A stretch of 59,269 bases of DNA, counting the filler, from Squatina squatina (Eukaryota), in assembly GCA_031763465.1 (NCBI GenBank). It is 4 parts of 4 records of this genome, joined end to end, with 100 filler letters (N's around TTAATTAATTAA, not from the genome) between each part and the next. Parts side by side here need not be neighbours in the genome. Positions count along the whole stretch, not along the records: positions 1 to 15,679 come from JARFOE010000058.1; 3 more parts are not named here. One strand, written 5' to 3'. Position 1 is the stretch's first letter, and the number at the start of each line of letters is the position of its first letter. The position numbers and the translations under genes are program-made. Below the pieces are notes generated by a model. It made no database searches. It saw nothing but the letters and a program-made list of their open reading frames with translations, and was not told the DNA's origin. This document shows positions 1-12,740 of the stretch, piece by piece.

Positions 1-808
1 TAATGCGCTGTGTGCATATGATTTCCTGATATGCACTTCCAGCAGGCAACGCTCCATGGAGTGTGCAAGTGGAAAATTTATTCTATACAATAATGGATCA
101 CTGGAAATCATCAGCTGGATGAAGCATTCCCTCACACATCGCCTGTCATAGCCCTAATTCCATCTCCTATAAATACATATACCAATACAAAGTTGGCACA
201 GTTTGTAAACAAACTGTTTTTAACAGTCTGTCTCTTAATTTGCTGCATTAGCATTTCAAAAGGATGTGGAATCATTTGATTATTCCACTCTTTTCACTCT
301 TCTTCCATGGCTTATGTAGATTCGCTCCAGTACACATCGGTTCTCTGGTTCTGCTGCATGCCCACTGTGATATTCAACTTTGCATGAGAGCAGACAACAA
401 ACAATGACTGGAGCAACATATCAGCACCAAACAGCACAAAAATACATCTGAAATATGTAATGTTAGTGTAGGGCCAGCAACTGAATCTACTACACTGCCA
501 TATTATGCAATAAAAAGTGAAGAGCTAGTAACAATCTCAACATATAGACAAGTCAAAGTTCACTTAGAGTCAGAGAGAGCATGGCGTAAGCTCTAACTGG
601 TATGGACAGATGACCAATATGGTGCAAAAAGAATAATTCCAGGCCTCCTTGGTGCACCATTAATATCAAACAATGGATACTTGGAGTGAGTTACAGGCTG
701 AAATCCAANNNNNNNNNNNNNNNNNNNNNNNNNNNNNNNNNNNNNNNNNNNNNNNNNNNNNNNNNNNNNNNNNNNNNNNNNNNNNNNNNNNNNNNNNNNN
801 NNNNNNNN

Positions 809-1050
809 GAACACACTCAAGAAATTCACTACCATTCGGACATGAGCTAGTCTATCCCAATCTATATGAAAGTTAAAATCCCCCATTAAACCCACTCTGC
901 TGTTACGACATGATTGTCCAATTTCTGCATTTATACATTCTCCACAGCATTCTCCACTCCACAGCTGCTACCAGGGGGGCTATACACATCTCTCACTACA
1001 GTCTTAAGTCATTTTCTATTTCTTAATTCTACCTGTAAAGTCTCCACTAC
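809..1050 (-). mobile_element. CR1 LINE ORF2 endonuclease fragment (decayed)
   Basis: Minus-strand translation LMGDFNFHIDWD matches the APE endonuclease GDFN motif typical of CR1; cut by a gap. Confidence 0.7.
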
Positions 1051-1502
1051 CTGCATCCTGGTTTGACAAGTCACACAGAAAACTTACCTCTTTGCTCCAG
1101 TCAGGAGCAATTATGGTGTAAATGGTGGAATTTCAGGGACAGCAGCTTTGGCCCTCATTATCCTGTCACTTGCATCACATACATCATTTGAGTGCAGAGC
1201 ATCTTCTGCCATAAGCCAATTCCACTGGAACTCAGTGTGCATTGTAGAACACCTGGAAAATCTGGCATCTCAGAATTCGGGCCCCAAATACTTTGGATTT
1301 AGCCCTAAACTAAATTACTCCCCTTCCAATTTGTACTCCATACGGAGTATATTGCTTAACTCAATTGTTGTTTTTCTTTAATAAGGCTGTGATTACACTT
1401 GGATAATTCAGTAATTACAATACTAATTCACAGCAATACCATCCTAATTATTACACATTATTTTGTTGTAATGGAATCTAATTACAATGATAATTAATAT
1501 AT

Positions 1503-1855
1503 AGCTCCCTGATGGCTCGGTTGGTGGTGCGAGCATTTAACTCAGCTATACAGACAAAAGGGTCAAAGGTTTGATTCTCAGTCTGCAATAAGCCAGGCAA
1601 TAGTAGGGATACAAGAATTTACTTTAGTATCCATGAGTTTGGGAGGGAAAGTATCGACCAGGATCCGCTGCCTAGGAGCTCCACCTGTATGGATGTCAAG
1701 TGAGGGTAGGATTGGAATGCCCTCTAAGTTGAATAGCCTGCCGACACTCACTATCCAGGCGCTACAGTGAAGAATGATAGGATGGAAGAAATACTGAAGG
1801 ATTCCCAGTACCGATGGAATGGGACCACTGCAAGAGCCAGTGCCTTCAACAATGG
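1503..1855 (+). mobile_element. Old tRNA-head SINE (shark family, unnamed)
   Basis: Begins TGGCTCGGTTGG (A box) with a B-box-like GGTTTGATTCTC. Related reverse-strand copies at about 7545-7805, 10725-10825 and 37430-37865. Confidence 0.5.
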
Positions 1856-2269
1856 TGCAATAAGAACAATTGGGTAAAATGAAATCATGTATAACAGTAA
1901 ATTAACTAGTCCCTATCAGGGAACCATGCTCGAAGGTGCAGGTAGCAGAATCAGCACTGAATTGTTGGAGCTACATCCCTGACCAATGCTCCTACTGGAA
2001 GGGCAGGATCAGCAAATTTACACCATGAAATGGAGGTGATAAGCAGCTCCATCAGCCCTACATCACATGGTTTCTACAAATCACCAACCAATGCACGATT
2101 ATCACAGTAAAAATGCGATAGCCATTGATTATGTAGCCAATTCCAATTAACAGGGGCCATTTACTGAAAAGCAGAAATGTGGAACTACACACAAAAACTC
2201 ACTTGTTATAACAGTATAAACCAAACTCTTCAATTGGATCCCAACTGATTGCAGTCCCTGCCACAAACT

Positions 2270-2416
2270 CTGTTCCCTAGCCATTGACTCCATCCCTCTC
2301 TCTAGCATCTGTCTGAGGCTGAAACAGACTGTTCGCAACCTTGGTGTCATATTTGACCCCGAGATCAGCTTCCGACCACGTAGCCGCTTTATCACCAAGA
2401 CTGCCTACTTCCTTCT
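2270..2416 (+). mobile_element. L2 LINE ORF2 fragment
   Basis: Translates to TVRNLGVIFDPEISF, a typical L2 RT C-terminal motif; cut by a gap. Confidence 0.7.
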
Positions 2417-3949
2417 NNNNNNNNNNNNNNNNNNNNNNNNNNNNNNNNNNNNNNNNNNNNNNNNNNNNNNNNNNNNNNNNNNNNNNNNNNNNNNNNNNNN
2501 NNNNNNNNNNNNNNNNNNNNNNNNNNNNNNNNNNNNNNNNNNNNNNNNNNNNNNNNNNNNNNNNNNNNNNNNNNNNNNNNNNNNNNNNNNNNNNNNNNNN
2601 NNNNNNNNNNNNNNNNNNNNNNNNNNNNNNNNNNNNNNNNNNNNNNNNNNNNNNNNNNNNNNNNNNNNNNNNNNNNNNNNNNNNNNNNNNNNNNNNNNNN
2701 NNNNNNNNNNNNNNNNNNNNNNNNNNNNNNNNNNNNNNNNNNNNNNNNNNNNNNNNNNNNNNNNNNNNNNNNNNNNNNNNNNNNNNNNNNNNNNNNNNNN
2801 NNNNNNNNNNNNNNNNNNNNNNNNNNNNNNNNNNNNNNNNNNNNNNNNNNNNNNNNNNNNNNNNNNNNNNNNNNNNNNNNNNNNNNNNNNNNNNNNNNNN
2901 NNNNNNNNNNNNNNNNNNNNNNNNNNNNNNNNNNNNNNNNNNNNNNNNNNNNNNNNNNNNNNNNNNNNNNNNNNNNNNNNNNNNNNNNNNNNNNNNNNNN
3001 NNNNNNNNNNNNNNNNNNNNNNNNNNNNNNNNNNNNNNNNNNNNNNNNNNNNNNNNNNNNNNNNNNNNNNNNNNNNNNNNNNNNNNNNNNNNNNNNNNNN
3101 NNNNNNNNNNNNNNNNNNNNNNNNNNNNNNNNNNNNNNNNNNNNNNNNNNNNNNNNNNNNNNNNNNNNNNNNNNNNNNNNNNNNNNNNNNNNNNNNNNNN
3201 NNNNNNNNNNNNNNNNNNNNNNNNNNNNNNNNNNNNNNNNNNNNNNNNNNNNNNNNNNNNNNNNNNNNNNNNNNNNNNNNNNNNNNNNNNNNNNNNNNNN
3301 NNNNNNNNNNNNNNNNNNNNNNNNNNNNNNNNNNNNNNNNNNNNNNNNNNNNNNNNNNNNNNNNNNNNNNNNNNNNNNNNNNNNNNNNNNNNNNNNNNNN
3401 NNNNNNNNGAGAAACAATTATCTCCACAGAAACCTTTCATGAATCTTTCATGATATGTTAATGTTTCCAGAGAATTCGGTGGGAAAAAAAAATTCCCCAT
3501 TCGAAAACGGTAATTTGATCTCTGGGAAAACATTGACTCTGGATAGCTGACTCATTCCTGCGACATGAGGTCTAATTATATTTTAATTGTTCAATAAAAT
3601 CCTGCATGTCTGAGTGATAATATTTTAATCAGTCCACTAGTGCCTAATTTAAGGTGGAATTGTTGCCGTGCCGACTGACTTCAATGGGCGGGAGGTGCTG
3701 TGTGGTATTTCATGCCAGCTATTGGCATTAGTGCCAGAATGAGCTGTTTGCTTCTACAGTAGCTCAAAAGTGAGTGTTTTCAACAGTGGTCGTGGTTTGA
3801 CCGGTAATCCACAGGCAATGTTTACACTAATATCACCTTTTACAGCCTTGATTTGTATTTGAAAAGGGCAGAAAGAATGTCAGCCCCATATTCTGAGTCA
3901 GAAGCTGATCCATCAATCCACCTTCCCTTCATCACTAGTATCTTGAGTT

Positions 3950-4419
3950 ACACTGCGCTGACCATCTCCTTCAATCCCACTTCCCTGCCCTCTCCACCTT
4001 CATCTCCAACATCAAGTGCAAGGAGCTCATGATCTTCTTTGTCACTAAGACTAAGACCATCCATTTAGCTGCCTCTGCTGCTTCCCTCCTTTCACCTAAC
4101 CCACCAGGGTCCCTTCTGCCCGAGCCCTGAACTCGCTTCTTTCTCGAATTTCTCTCCTGTCTCCCTCATGCCCTCTCTGAGCTCATCTTTTCTATGTGAC
4201 CCACCTCCTGCTCTCTCGAACCTATTCCCACTGCTGACCATCCAACTTCGCTTCCCCATGTTAGCTGATATTGTTAATGGTTCCTTCTCCTCAGGTACTG
4301 GCTCCCTCCCCATCAAATCTGCCATCGTCACCCCTCACCTCATAAAATCCACTGTTAACCCTTCTGTCCTTGCAAACTACTGCCCCATCTCCAATCTCCC
4401 TTTCCTCTCCAATGTCCTT
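3950..4419 (+). mobile_element. L2 LINE ORF2 fragment (start of RT)
   Basis: LADIVNGSFSSG..KSAIVTP..LANYCPISNLPFLSNVL matches the L2 NYRPISNLPFLSK motif. Confidence 0.85.
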
Positions 4420-4670
4420 GGGCAGCTGTTGATGATTCTGCCATTCCCATTTACACCTCTTCTAGACTCGCCTTTTGTTTTTTGGCTTGTCCCATTACCA
4501 TCTCCTTTTGTTTTGTAATATCATACCTTTGTTATTTAATCTCTACTGCCTTCCACCCTATCACCGAGCCTTTGCTTTTTGTTCTTTCCTCCCCTTCACC
4601 TTGTCCCTGCCCCTGCACTTGCTTAAAATCTGCAACATCTCTAACTTTTTCCAGTTCTGATGGAAGGTCA
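4420..4670 (+). mobile_element. Penelope-like element 3'/pseudo-LTR fragment
   Basis: Pyrimidine-rich tract ending TTCTGATGGAAGGTCA, resembling the start of the hammerhead core in shark Penelope termini; cut by a gap. Confidence 0.5.
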
Positions 4671-4770
4671 NNNNNNNNNNNNNNNNNNNNNNNNNNNNNN
4701 NNNNNNNNNNNNNNNNNNNNNNNNNNNNNNNNNNNNNNNNNNNNNNNNNNNNNNNNNNNNNNNNNNNNNN

Positions 4771-5178
4771 TATCAGCTGTGGCTCAGTGGGTAGCGCTCT
4801 CATTTCTGAGTCAGAAGGTTGTGGGTTCAAGTCCTACTCCAGGAACTTGATGCACAAAACTCCAAGCTGGCACTCCAGTGGAGTGCTGACTTGCTGGAAG
4901 TGCTGTCTTTCAGATGTTCTCTCAGGTGAAGTAAAAGATCCCAAGGTGCTACCTTGAAGAAGAGCAGTGGAGTTCTCCCTGGTGTCCTGACTGATATTTA
5001 GTCCTCAATCAACATTACTAAAAAGAGATTATCACATTACTGTTTGTGGGAGCTTGCTGTGTGCAAATTGACTGCTGCGTTTCCCACATTTCAACAGTGA
5101 TGACACTTCATTGGCTGTGAAGCGATTTGGGGCATCCAGTGGTCGTGAAAGGAGCAATATAAATGCAAGTTTTTATAT
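4771..5178 (+). mobile_element. Near full-length SacSINE1/DeuSINE-like tRNA SINE
   Basis: A box TGGCTCAGTGG, B box GGTTCAAGTCC, Deu-like core (TAAAAGATCCC..GAAGAAGAGCAG..GGTGTCCTG), and L2-type tail ending ATAAATGCAAG(TTA)n. Confidence 0.85.
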
Positions 5179-7544
5179 TATTGGGTGCAAAGACCAGCAC
5201 CCGATGTGCCTCGAGCCTTATGATGCAGGGAGATTTGGAGCCTCCATGCTGACTTCACAAAGCTCACTTTGCCACCAATTTCATCTAAATGATGGTCCCC
5301 CCGATCATTGAGGCAAGATCAGCACTTGATAGAGTGAGGGCCTGTTTGGAATGGGTGCTACTACAGACATCCCAATTAACAACAACCCTGGCATCCTGCC
5401 CAGTGCCCCCTCCTCTTCGTGCTGCCAAATCACTGGGCGTATATTGCCCAACATCCCAGCTCTGACACTCCCGACATGTGATGAGCGACACATCCAGAGC
5501 ATGAGAAAACACTAGGAGTGAGCTGACCTTGCCTTATCTGCTGAAGTCAGCTGATTTGTGCACAGCTGCGCGGATGAAGTTGTTTGACTGCAGACTTCAC
5601 ACTTTGATTTATCTACACAGCGATGATGAATTAGATTTTTCACAGTGCGTTAGACACAGTGGGGAGTTCCTGTACAGCCTTATGCTAGCTTTATTTGATA
5701 TGATGATTAATGTCTGTATTATATTCATATCGGGCATAAACAAAAATGAGGCCGTTCAAAAGATTTCTATAATGTGAAACAAGAGGTTATCCAGTTCAGT
5801 GCTACCAAGCCCCAGTGCTGATTGGTACCTTGGTAGCTAAATCTGAGACTAAAAGAAAATACTCCAGTGTATTGTTGCAACATTAAATTACATCCTAACA
5901 ACTCTGCAACAGGTTTGTGATTACAGAGCTCCGTCCTGCCCTCTGATATCGGATGGAAGTGGATCTCTGTGCTCCCCTGTCCAATCGATGGACATGATTC
6001 ACCTGTTGTTAGTCAGCCTGTGAACTACAGGTTGCCACTGTTGTGTTTTCTTCCCTTCCACATTTGCTGGGGTAAAATTTGATGGAGCTGGGAGAGTGAC
6101 CGGGAATGGGAAGTCCACGTTGATTGTTTGCTTCTTATTGGTTCAGGGATGCTAAGACCGATCACCACAACAGCTGACGCAGCATAGACCAGAGAAGGCG
6201 TATGGCAGCTTCCAGTCTGATTAACATCAAATATTGCATTAACATTGTGCTCTTTCAACTGTTGTTCAAAGTGCCGTTTTGTTTACTCCCTACATGTGCC
6301 TCTTACTGCCACCTGTAATTTTTTTTACCTCAATGTGGTTGTAGGCATTGTTAGAAAGTGCAAAAGTGGGTCACTTACCTTAAAACGTGGTTTTGCATGT
6401 CCACTTTTGATTATTTTAAATTTGACTTCAGCCATGCANNNNNNNNNNNNNNNNNNNNNNNNNNNNNNNNNNNNNNNNNNNNNNNNNNNNNNNNNNNNNN
6501 NNNNNNNNNNNNNNNNNNNNNNNNNNNNNNNNNNNNNNTTTTAATCGAGGACTTTCGCTACCCGATGAATGCTGGGTAGCGGTACACCCATCGCAACATC
6601 TTCTCACTCTCACATTCAGAGCTAGACAATTTTTTAAGAGTGAAAGAGGAATAAAGCAACAAAAAAAGGAACAAGGGATTAAGAGAACAGAGGATAATAC
6701 AAAGGAAGCCCATGTCATAGGTGCATCTTACTGCTTCTAACTATATTTGTCTTTAGCCTGAGAATTAAAATTCACATTTTGGATTTGTTAGGTTTGAGAG
6801 CTTGGACAGACATGGAGTTCCCAGTGATAGATTGAGATGTCATTAAAGCACATGCCCTATCTCCATTAACATATGCATGAAGGGGCATAATGTTTGCTGA
6901 ACCAAGGAAACCAGGAGCTGGATTTGTCAAGCCCCGTTAAAAAGGTCTGTATATTGACTCTAGGACCAGTATGCTGAAAGGTTAGGCAAACCCTAAAACA
7001 GAGGGCAGCAAAAGGTAAATTACTTTCAGATTTCTGAAAGAGAAGGAAAAGGAGAATGCATCATGACAGTACAGCTCGGCGAGTAATGGAACCCCCAATC
7101 TATCATGCAGATGAGGATGCTGACACTCAGTTTATTTTGCAGTAACTTTATTAGTGTAATTTTACCAATTTAACTCCAATTAAAATTAAGCACAAATAAC
7201 ACCTTTCATGTTCTGAGCAGAATCATGGAGCATGTCATTCAGCAAACGGCAGGCCCGAAACAAACAACTGTTGCACTGTTCGGGAACAGGCAGTAGAAAG
7301 CCAAGAGTCTGAGTTACTATTTTAATTGATGCAGAGGGTATTATTTCTAAATAAACATTCTTTATGTTGCACTATTTTCCTTTATTCTATCCTCTCCTAG
7401 TCCTCTTCAACCTAGACTCTCTATAAGTGCAGGGAGATGTCTGNNNNNNNNNNNNNNNNNNNNNNNNNNNNNNNNNNNNNNNNNNNNNNNNNNNNNNNNN
7501 NNNNNNNNNNNNNNNNNNNNNNNNNNNNNNNNNNNNNNNNNNNT

Positions 7545-7806
7545 CATGATCAGGAGTGACAGCTCTGGATGATGTTGCCCCTTCCTACCACAGGATTTAA
7601 AATGGATGGCCGATCCAATCCCATCAGTTTCCCACTGGGTAGATTGGGTTAAAATTACCTTCTCCTTGGGGCACCGAGCACCATAATTGCTGCTCCAGCT
7701 GAGGTCAACTAACTCAGCACAGGCTGAAAATTAAACTCGGGCCTTCCCTGATTGTGTCACTTAGCAGCACACAGGATGATGCATTTATCAGCTGAGCCAC
7801 CAGGGT
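7545..7806 (-). mobile_element. Old tRNA-head SINE, same family as 1503-1855
   Basis: Plus strand ends AGCTGAGCCACCAGGG (reverse A box) and shares AACTCAGCACAG with the other copies. Confidence 0.5.
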
Positions 7807-8802
7807 AATCTCGGAGCCCGTCTATAAAAGAACACATCACGTCCAACAACAGGATTGTATTGAGGAGGTAGCAGAGCATATTATTAAGTGGAAAGAGAGA
7901 TTGTGTACACATCCCAGAGCGAGGAACAAAACCAATATCCTGCCACTGCAGAAATGATACTATCTATCGCTGCATTTGAAACCACAGATAGGAGCTTTAG
8001 AGAAACCTGGCACCAAGTACTGAGAGGGAGAGTAAACCATTACCAATCTTAAGAGCTTTAATTATTGTTTTATAAAGTATACAAATTAATTTATATTTTT
8101 ATTTATGCTCATATTTTAGTTATTAAAATTCAAGTGCAGCATAGTTACAATTGTGGGGAGATGAAAGGCTTCCAGAGGCAGTGTGGTAGTTAGCCAGCAA
8201 CTGAAAACAGCTGGTGGGCAGTGAAACCACTCAATGCAAGTTTTAGCTTAGTGGAGGAGGTGAGGAGATTTATGTTCTTTAATCTTTGGAGTTTTGCTTA
8301 CGAAGACTTCTTACCTCATTTACTTGATCCAGGAATAGAAAATGGAATAAAGTCAATGTGTTATGGAAAGACTGGACACAGAGAGATTAAAAAGAAAAAT
8401 CACGATGCTTGGACCTCAGAAAGAAAAAGAGAATGGTGAAAATAATGCCATTCTGATGAAGAGTTCACTTCTATATGTTTTTTTCTTCTATTTTCAGTAT
8501 TAAACGATCTGATGAGACTGATTTTAGTATCAATTACGCTGTGGAGATGAGTGCAGATGGGGCATACCAGAGCTGTAAATTAGATAAAGATCAGTACCAC
8601 NNNNNNNNNNAAGTGGTAATTTCATTAATATGTTATAATGAGACAAAAAATACATCATTTTGAAGTTGATGGGATTTTGCATTACTTCCACCGGCATTGC
8701 ACCAGTTCCTGCTGTTGTCCATAACCCTTGGGCATTTTGAGAAGTTTGACAGCCTTTTCAAATGAGGCAACTGCAACTGATACCAAGTACTTGTGCAACT
8801 CA

Positions 8803-9260
8803 TGGGGGCCGAAATTTGCCACTTTTAGTGCTCCTTTCTCGCCTTATGAAGGCATGATGGAGGCGCAAAAAAACTTTGGGCGCTAAAAGCCCGATTAGCG
8901 CCTCCCGCAAAATTCAGCCCCCATTTTCTTTGGGCACAAAAAAATTGCGCCTCCGCGGCCGGGCAAGGCGCTATGTTTAGCGGTGCTAGATGATGGTGAC
9001 ATCATCGACTCACGCAACACCTCCGCGGCGCCTCGTAGCTAAATTCGGCAGACTTAGCATCTTAAGCGTCCTGCAAAAAACAATGCCAGAAAAAGTTGTC
9101 GGTACACAGGATCCCCGGGGCACTACGCTATCTTGTTTGAGGGTATAAAGAGCCGACTCATTGCGAGCATACCGATTGGGGGCAGGGGTACTTGGCATGT
9201 GCTCCTGCCGCTTGAGGGTTATAAACGGCTCACCTACGACCCTGGAAGGAGTTTCTTTTG
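8803..9260. mobile_element. GC/CpG-rich non-autonomous DNA transposon end (Harbinger-like)
   Basis: Starts GGGGGCCGAAATTTGC. Similar starts at ~15031 (AGGGCTAGAAATTGC) and ~35383 (GGGGCTGGAAATTGC). Confidence 0.45.
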
Positions 9261-9262
9261 TC

Positions 9263-9375
9263 TTTTTTTTATTCCTGGGATGTGGGCATCGCTGGCAAGG
9301 CCAATATTTATTGCCCATCCCTAGTTGCCCTTGAGAAGGTGGTGATGAGCCGCCTTCTTGAACCGCTGCAGTCCT
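9263..9375 (-). mobile_element. LINE 3' tail (CR1-group)
   Basis: Minus strand encodes GLQRFKKAAHHHLLKGN, then GGGATGGGCAATAAAT and an A-rich end. Same tail at 35664-35800, 36950-37005 and 52625-52713. Confidence 0.7.
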
Positions 9376-10487
9376 NNNNNNNNNNNNNNNNNNNNNNNNN
9401 NNNNNNNNNNNNNNNNNNNNNNNNNNNNNNNNNNNNNNNNNNNNNNNNNNNNNNNNNNNNNNNNNNNNNNNNNNNAAGGAGTGGTAAATCGCGGTGCTGT
9501 ACTTGCTGTCCTGTTCCCACTCCCGATCTGCCTGTCAACATTTCCGAACGGTCCTGTAAATGGAGCAGCCAAAGTGCCCACCTGGTTCAGGCAGGTGCCT
9601 CATTAAGGCATGTAAATTGGTGTCCTATGACATACATAGGACACTGCTGCAATTTTCAGGTACCATTGGGTGAAGTGTATGCGGTGCAGGCTCCATCCAT
9701 TGATACAAGGCGTCAAGCGGCCTAACTAGCACTGCTCCTCCTGGCCCCACANNNNNNNNNNGATTGCTTCCACCCCTTTTAGATTTAACTTCTTACTCGA
9801 CTCCGTGGAGGAGCTGCTGGATTTCCCCGGCCTGCATCAGCAAGCACTGTGAGAACTGGTTCAGTGTTGAAGCTCACCGATCAGATGCAAATGAGGCCTG
9901 ACCATTCAAATGGCTGGGGTTTCTTGGCGAGGAAGTCAGTTGGCAGTGTGGTTGCTCTGCGCACTGTCCAGCAATAATGAAAATTGGCCCCGATGTTTAT
10001 AAATGAGATCCTGCATGGCAGGCAGATGGTTCTTCAATCAGAAAACATTTATATGCGCAAATTTAATAAAAACAACTGATATGAAATGCGAAGCAAAACT
10101 GAATGAGTGATCATCGGGTTAAAAACCATTACTCCTACAGTCTTGTTCAGGGATCACTTATTCATCGAGATATGTGGCTGTTTTGAATATCCATGTTCAT
10201 ACCAGTCAAATTCAATCTAAATTATCAACCTTAGAATATAAGAAAAGCCAAGGATAAGTAAACACCATTCAGCTCATCAAAGCTTGCTCCTCTGGTATGC
10301 TAAATCTCCCATTATAGCACCCAGACACATTTTGAATGTTGCAAACGTTCTTCCCAATGTGCTGGACTTAAATTTATTTGTCATCAATTTACGGGTATTA
10401 CAAGAGGAGAGGGAAACCAGATCAGAACCACTCCTGTCCTGAGTATTTTGCAAATACACCACCTGTTCACAACACTTAGCAATATAT

Positions 10488-10690
10488 AATAAAAACAGAA
10501 AATGCTATTCTCAGCAGGTCAAGCAGCATCTGTGGAGTGAGAAACAGAGTTAACGTTTCAGGTCGACGACCTTTCGTGATGAAACGTTAACTCTGTTTCT
10601 CTCTCCACAGATGCTGCCTGACCTGCTGAGTATTTCCAGCATTTTTGGTTTTTATTTCAGATTTCCAGCATCTGCAGTATTTAGCTTTTG
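10488..10690. mobile_element. Penelope-derived inverted repeat (palindrome)
   Basis: 51-bp arms at 10510-10560 and 10580-10630 are reverse complements with 2 mismatches around a 19-nt loop. Confidence 0.75.
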
Positions 10691-11204
10691 TACAGCCTTC
10701 TCCAACTGGTTTTCTGACCGGGATCAGTGAACTCAGCACAGACCTGGGATTGAACCTGGCACCTTCCAGTCTGTATAGCTCACGACCATAGCGGACGTGT
10801 CTTTACCCACTGAGCCACGGGGAGAGAATTTCACAGAACAGTTTAAATGAATTGAGCTCTTTTATGCATAAAAAATTGCATTAAAACTATGCTATGCTCT
10901 GTGTGAGTTCGTTGAGAAGATGAAAGGTATCATTTTATTGGTGCATCTATTACATCTTTAAATCAAATGATGTTTCAGCTGGTTGTGCTTATCTTCAATT
11001 TGAGTAATTTGGTAAAATTGCATTAACGAGTAGCTGCAAAATAAACGGAATGTCAGAATCCCATCTGCACCGTACAGAGAGAAGGACATTTTAAATTACT
11101 GTGGGAAATCTTCTGTTAGAAGGAATTACAATTTGCAAAAACAGTGCATTAACAAGGGCTGTAATACCCTATATACAACAGGAACTGGGTCAAGGGAGGC
11201 AAAT

Positions 11205-11940
11205 ACACAGAGTGACAGAGTGAGAGAGAGAAACAGAGAAAGACACGCACAGACAGGAAGGGTCAGAGAGAACTGCACATGTTGAAAGAGCCACATAGAT
11301 AGGCAGAATGGGAGGAAGACAGATGCACACACAGAATGAATGAGACAAAGACACAGAGACACATACAAAAAAAGGAAAGATGCACACAGACAGGAAGAAT
11401 GGGAGACAGAGAGATACACACAGAAAGAATGAGGGAAAGATGTGGAAGAAACGAGGGACACGTGGAAGGAATGTGAAAAAAGAGACAAAGAAAGACAGAC
11501 GTGTATGGAAAGTGAGAGAGACACATACAGAAATGATTAGATACACACAGAAANNNNNNNNNNNNNNNNNNNNNNNNNNNNNNNNNNNNNNNNNNNNNNN
11601 NNNNNNNNNNNNNNNNNNNNNNNNNNNNNNNNNNNNNNNNNNNNNNNNNNNNNNNNNNNNNNNNNNNNNNNNNNNNNNNNNNNNNNNNNNNNNNNNNNNN
11701 NNNNNNNNNNNNNNNNNNNNNNNNNNNNNNNNNNNNNNNNNNNNNNNNNNNNNNNNNNNNNNNNNNNNNNNNNNNNNNNNNNNNNNNNNNNNNNNNNNNN
11801 NNNNNNNNNNNNNNNNNNNNNNNNNNNNNNNNNNNNNNNNNNNNNNNNNACGCAGACTGAGAGAGACAGACACACACCTCACACACAGACACACATCTCA
11901 CACACAGGCACAGACTGAGAGAGACATACACACAGATGGA
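11205..11940. repeat. GA/CA-rich low-complexity repeat, spanning a gap
   Basis: Degenerate (GA)n/(CA)n mosaic; accounts for the spurious ORFs here. Confidence 0.9.
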
Positions 11941-12559
11941 ATGGTCTAGCCCGGAGAGGTTTCAATAGACGCCCGTAATGTTGCTCTGTGGATAGCTTTG
12001 TACTTTGGTAGTACAGGAAAGATGCCCTTCCCCCTACCAGATGAAACTGATCCCCACCTCTCCCAGAGTCAGTCAAGGTGTCAATTCAAACTCAAGGATT
12101 CTCAATTATAAGACCAGCCAAATTGAGTTATAGTAACACAAGCTTCCATTCTTTCCATACTGAAAGGGACGCCTTGGAGGCATTTGTAATTGTTAATCTT
12201 TTATTTGTTATACCACATAGGACTCAGTTAAAAAGGCTTGTGTTATTAAGAATTGCAAGCAGGAAAGTAATTTTTGATATATGTAACATCACAACAGTAA
12301 CAGACAATTGAAGCTCACCTCACTCTGCTCCACTTTAACTTGCCAGCATCAAATATGAGGTTGGCATATTGTGCCATTCCATTACTTGCCCACAGAATCA
12401 GTTTCCAGTTTCTGAATATTTGTGCCAGCCACTGGATTTCACCAGCCAATCTTCCACCCAAATTGCCTTTGCAAAGGCTGAAATACACATTAGCAATATT
12501 AGCAGCTTTAGCAAACTGGTTTCCTCAATTTCCCGCCGGGAGTTAAAATCGACAACCTC

Positions 12560-12740
12560 ATTTCTGTCCTCAATTAAGATTATCCACCCATCCCATTCCC
12601 ATTCTGATTTTTCAGTCATTGGCATCCTACACTGTTCCATCCAAACTCAACACAAGATTCAGGGAGAGTATCTTGTCTTTCTCATGGATAGTCTGCAGTC
12701 GTTTGGTCTGAAAACTGACTTTAGTAAATTCAGACCTTAA
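12560..12740 (+). mobile_element. Penelope GIY-YIG endonuclease C-terminal remnant
   Basis: PSHSHSDFSVIGILHC..YLVFLMDSLQSFGLKTDFSKFR resembles the PLE pattern HFN..HS..D..V.GL....E..LI..L.TL.P.GLN. Confidence 0.7.

Noticed and set aside
2277-3533. Long ORFs (340-418 aa) and many other ORFs containing X runs
   Set aside because: They are open only because they run through N gaps.
4771-4845. tRNA gene
   Set aside because: The A/B boxes continue into a SINE body and tail, so this is a SINE head.
11126-11949. Cys/Val/Ser-rich and Arg/Lys-rich ORFs
   Set aside because: Translations of GA/CA low-complexity repeats.
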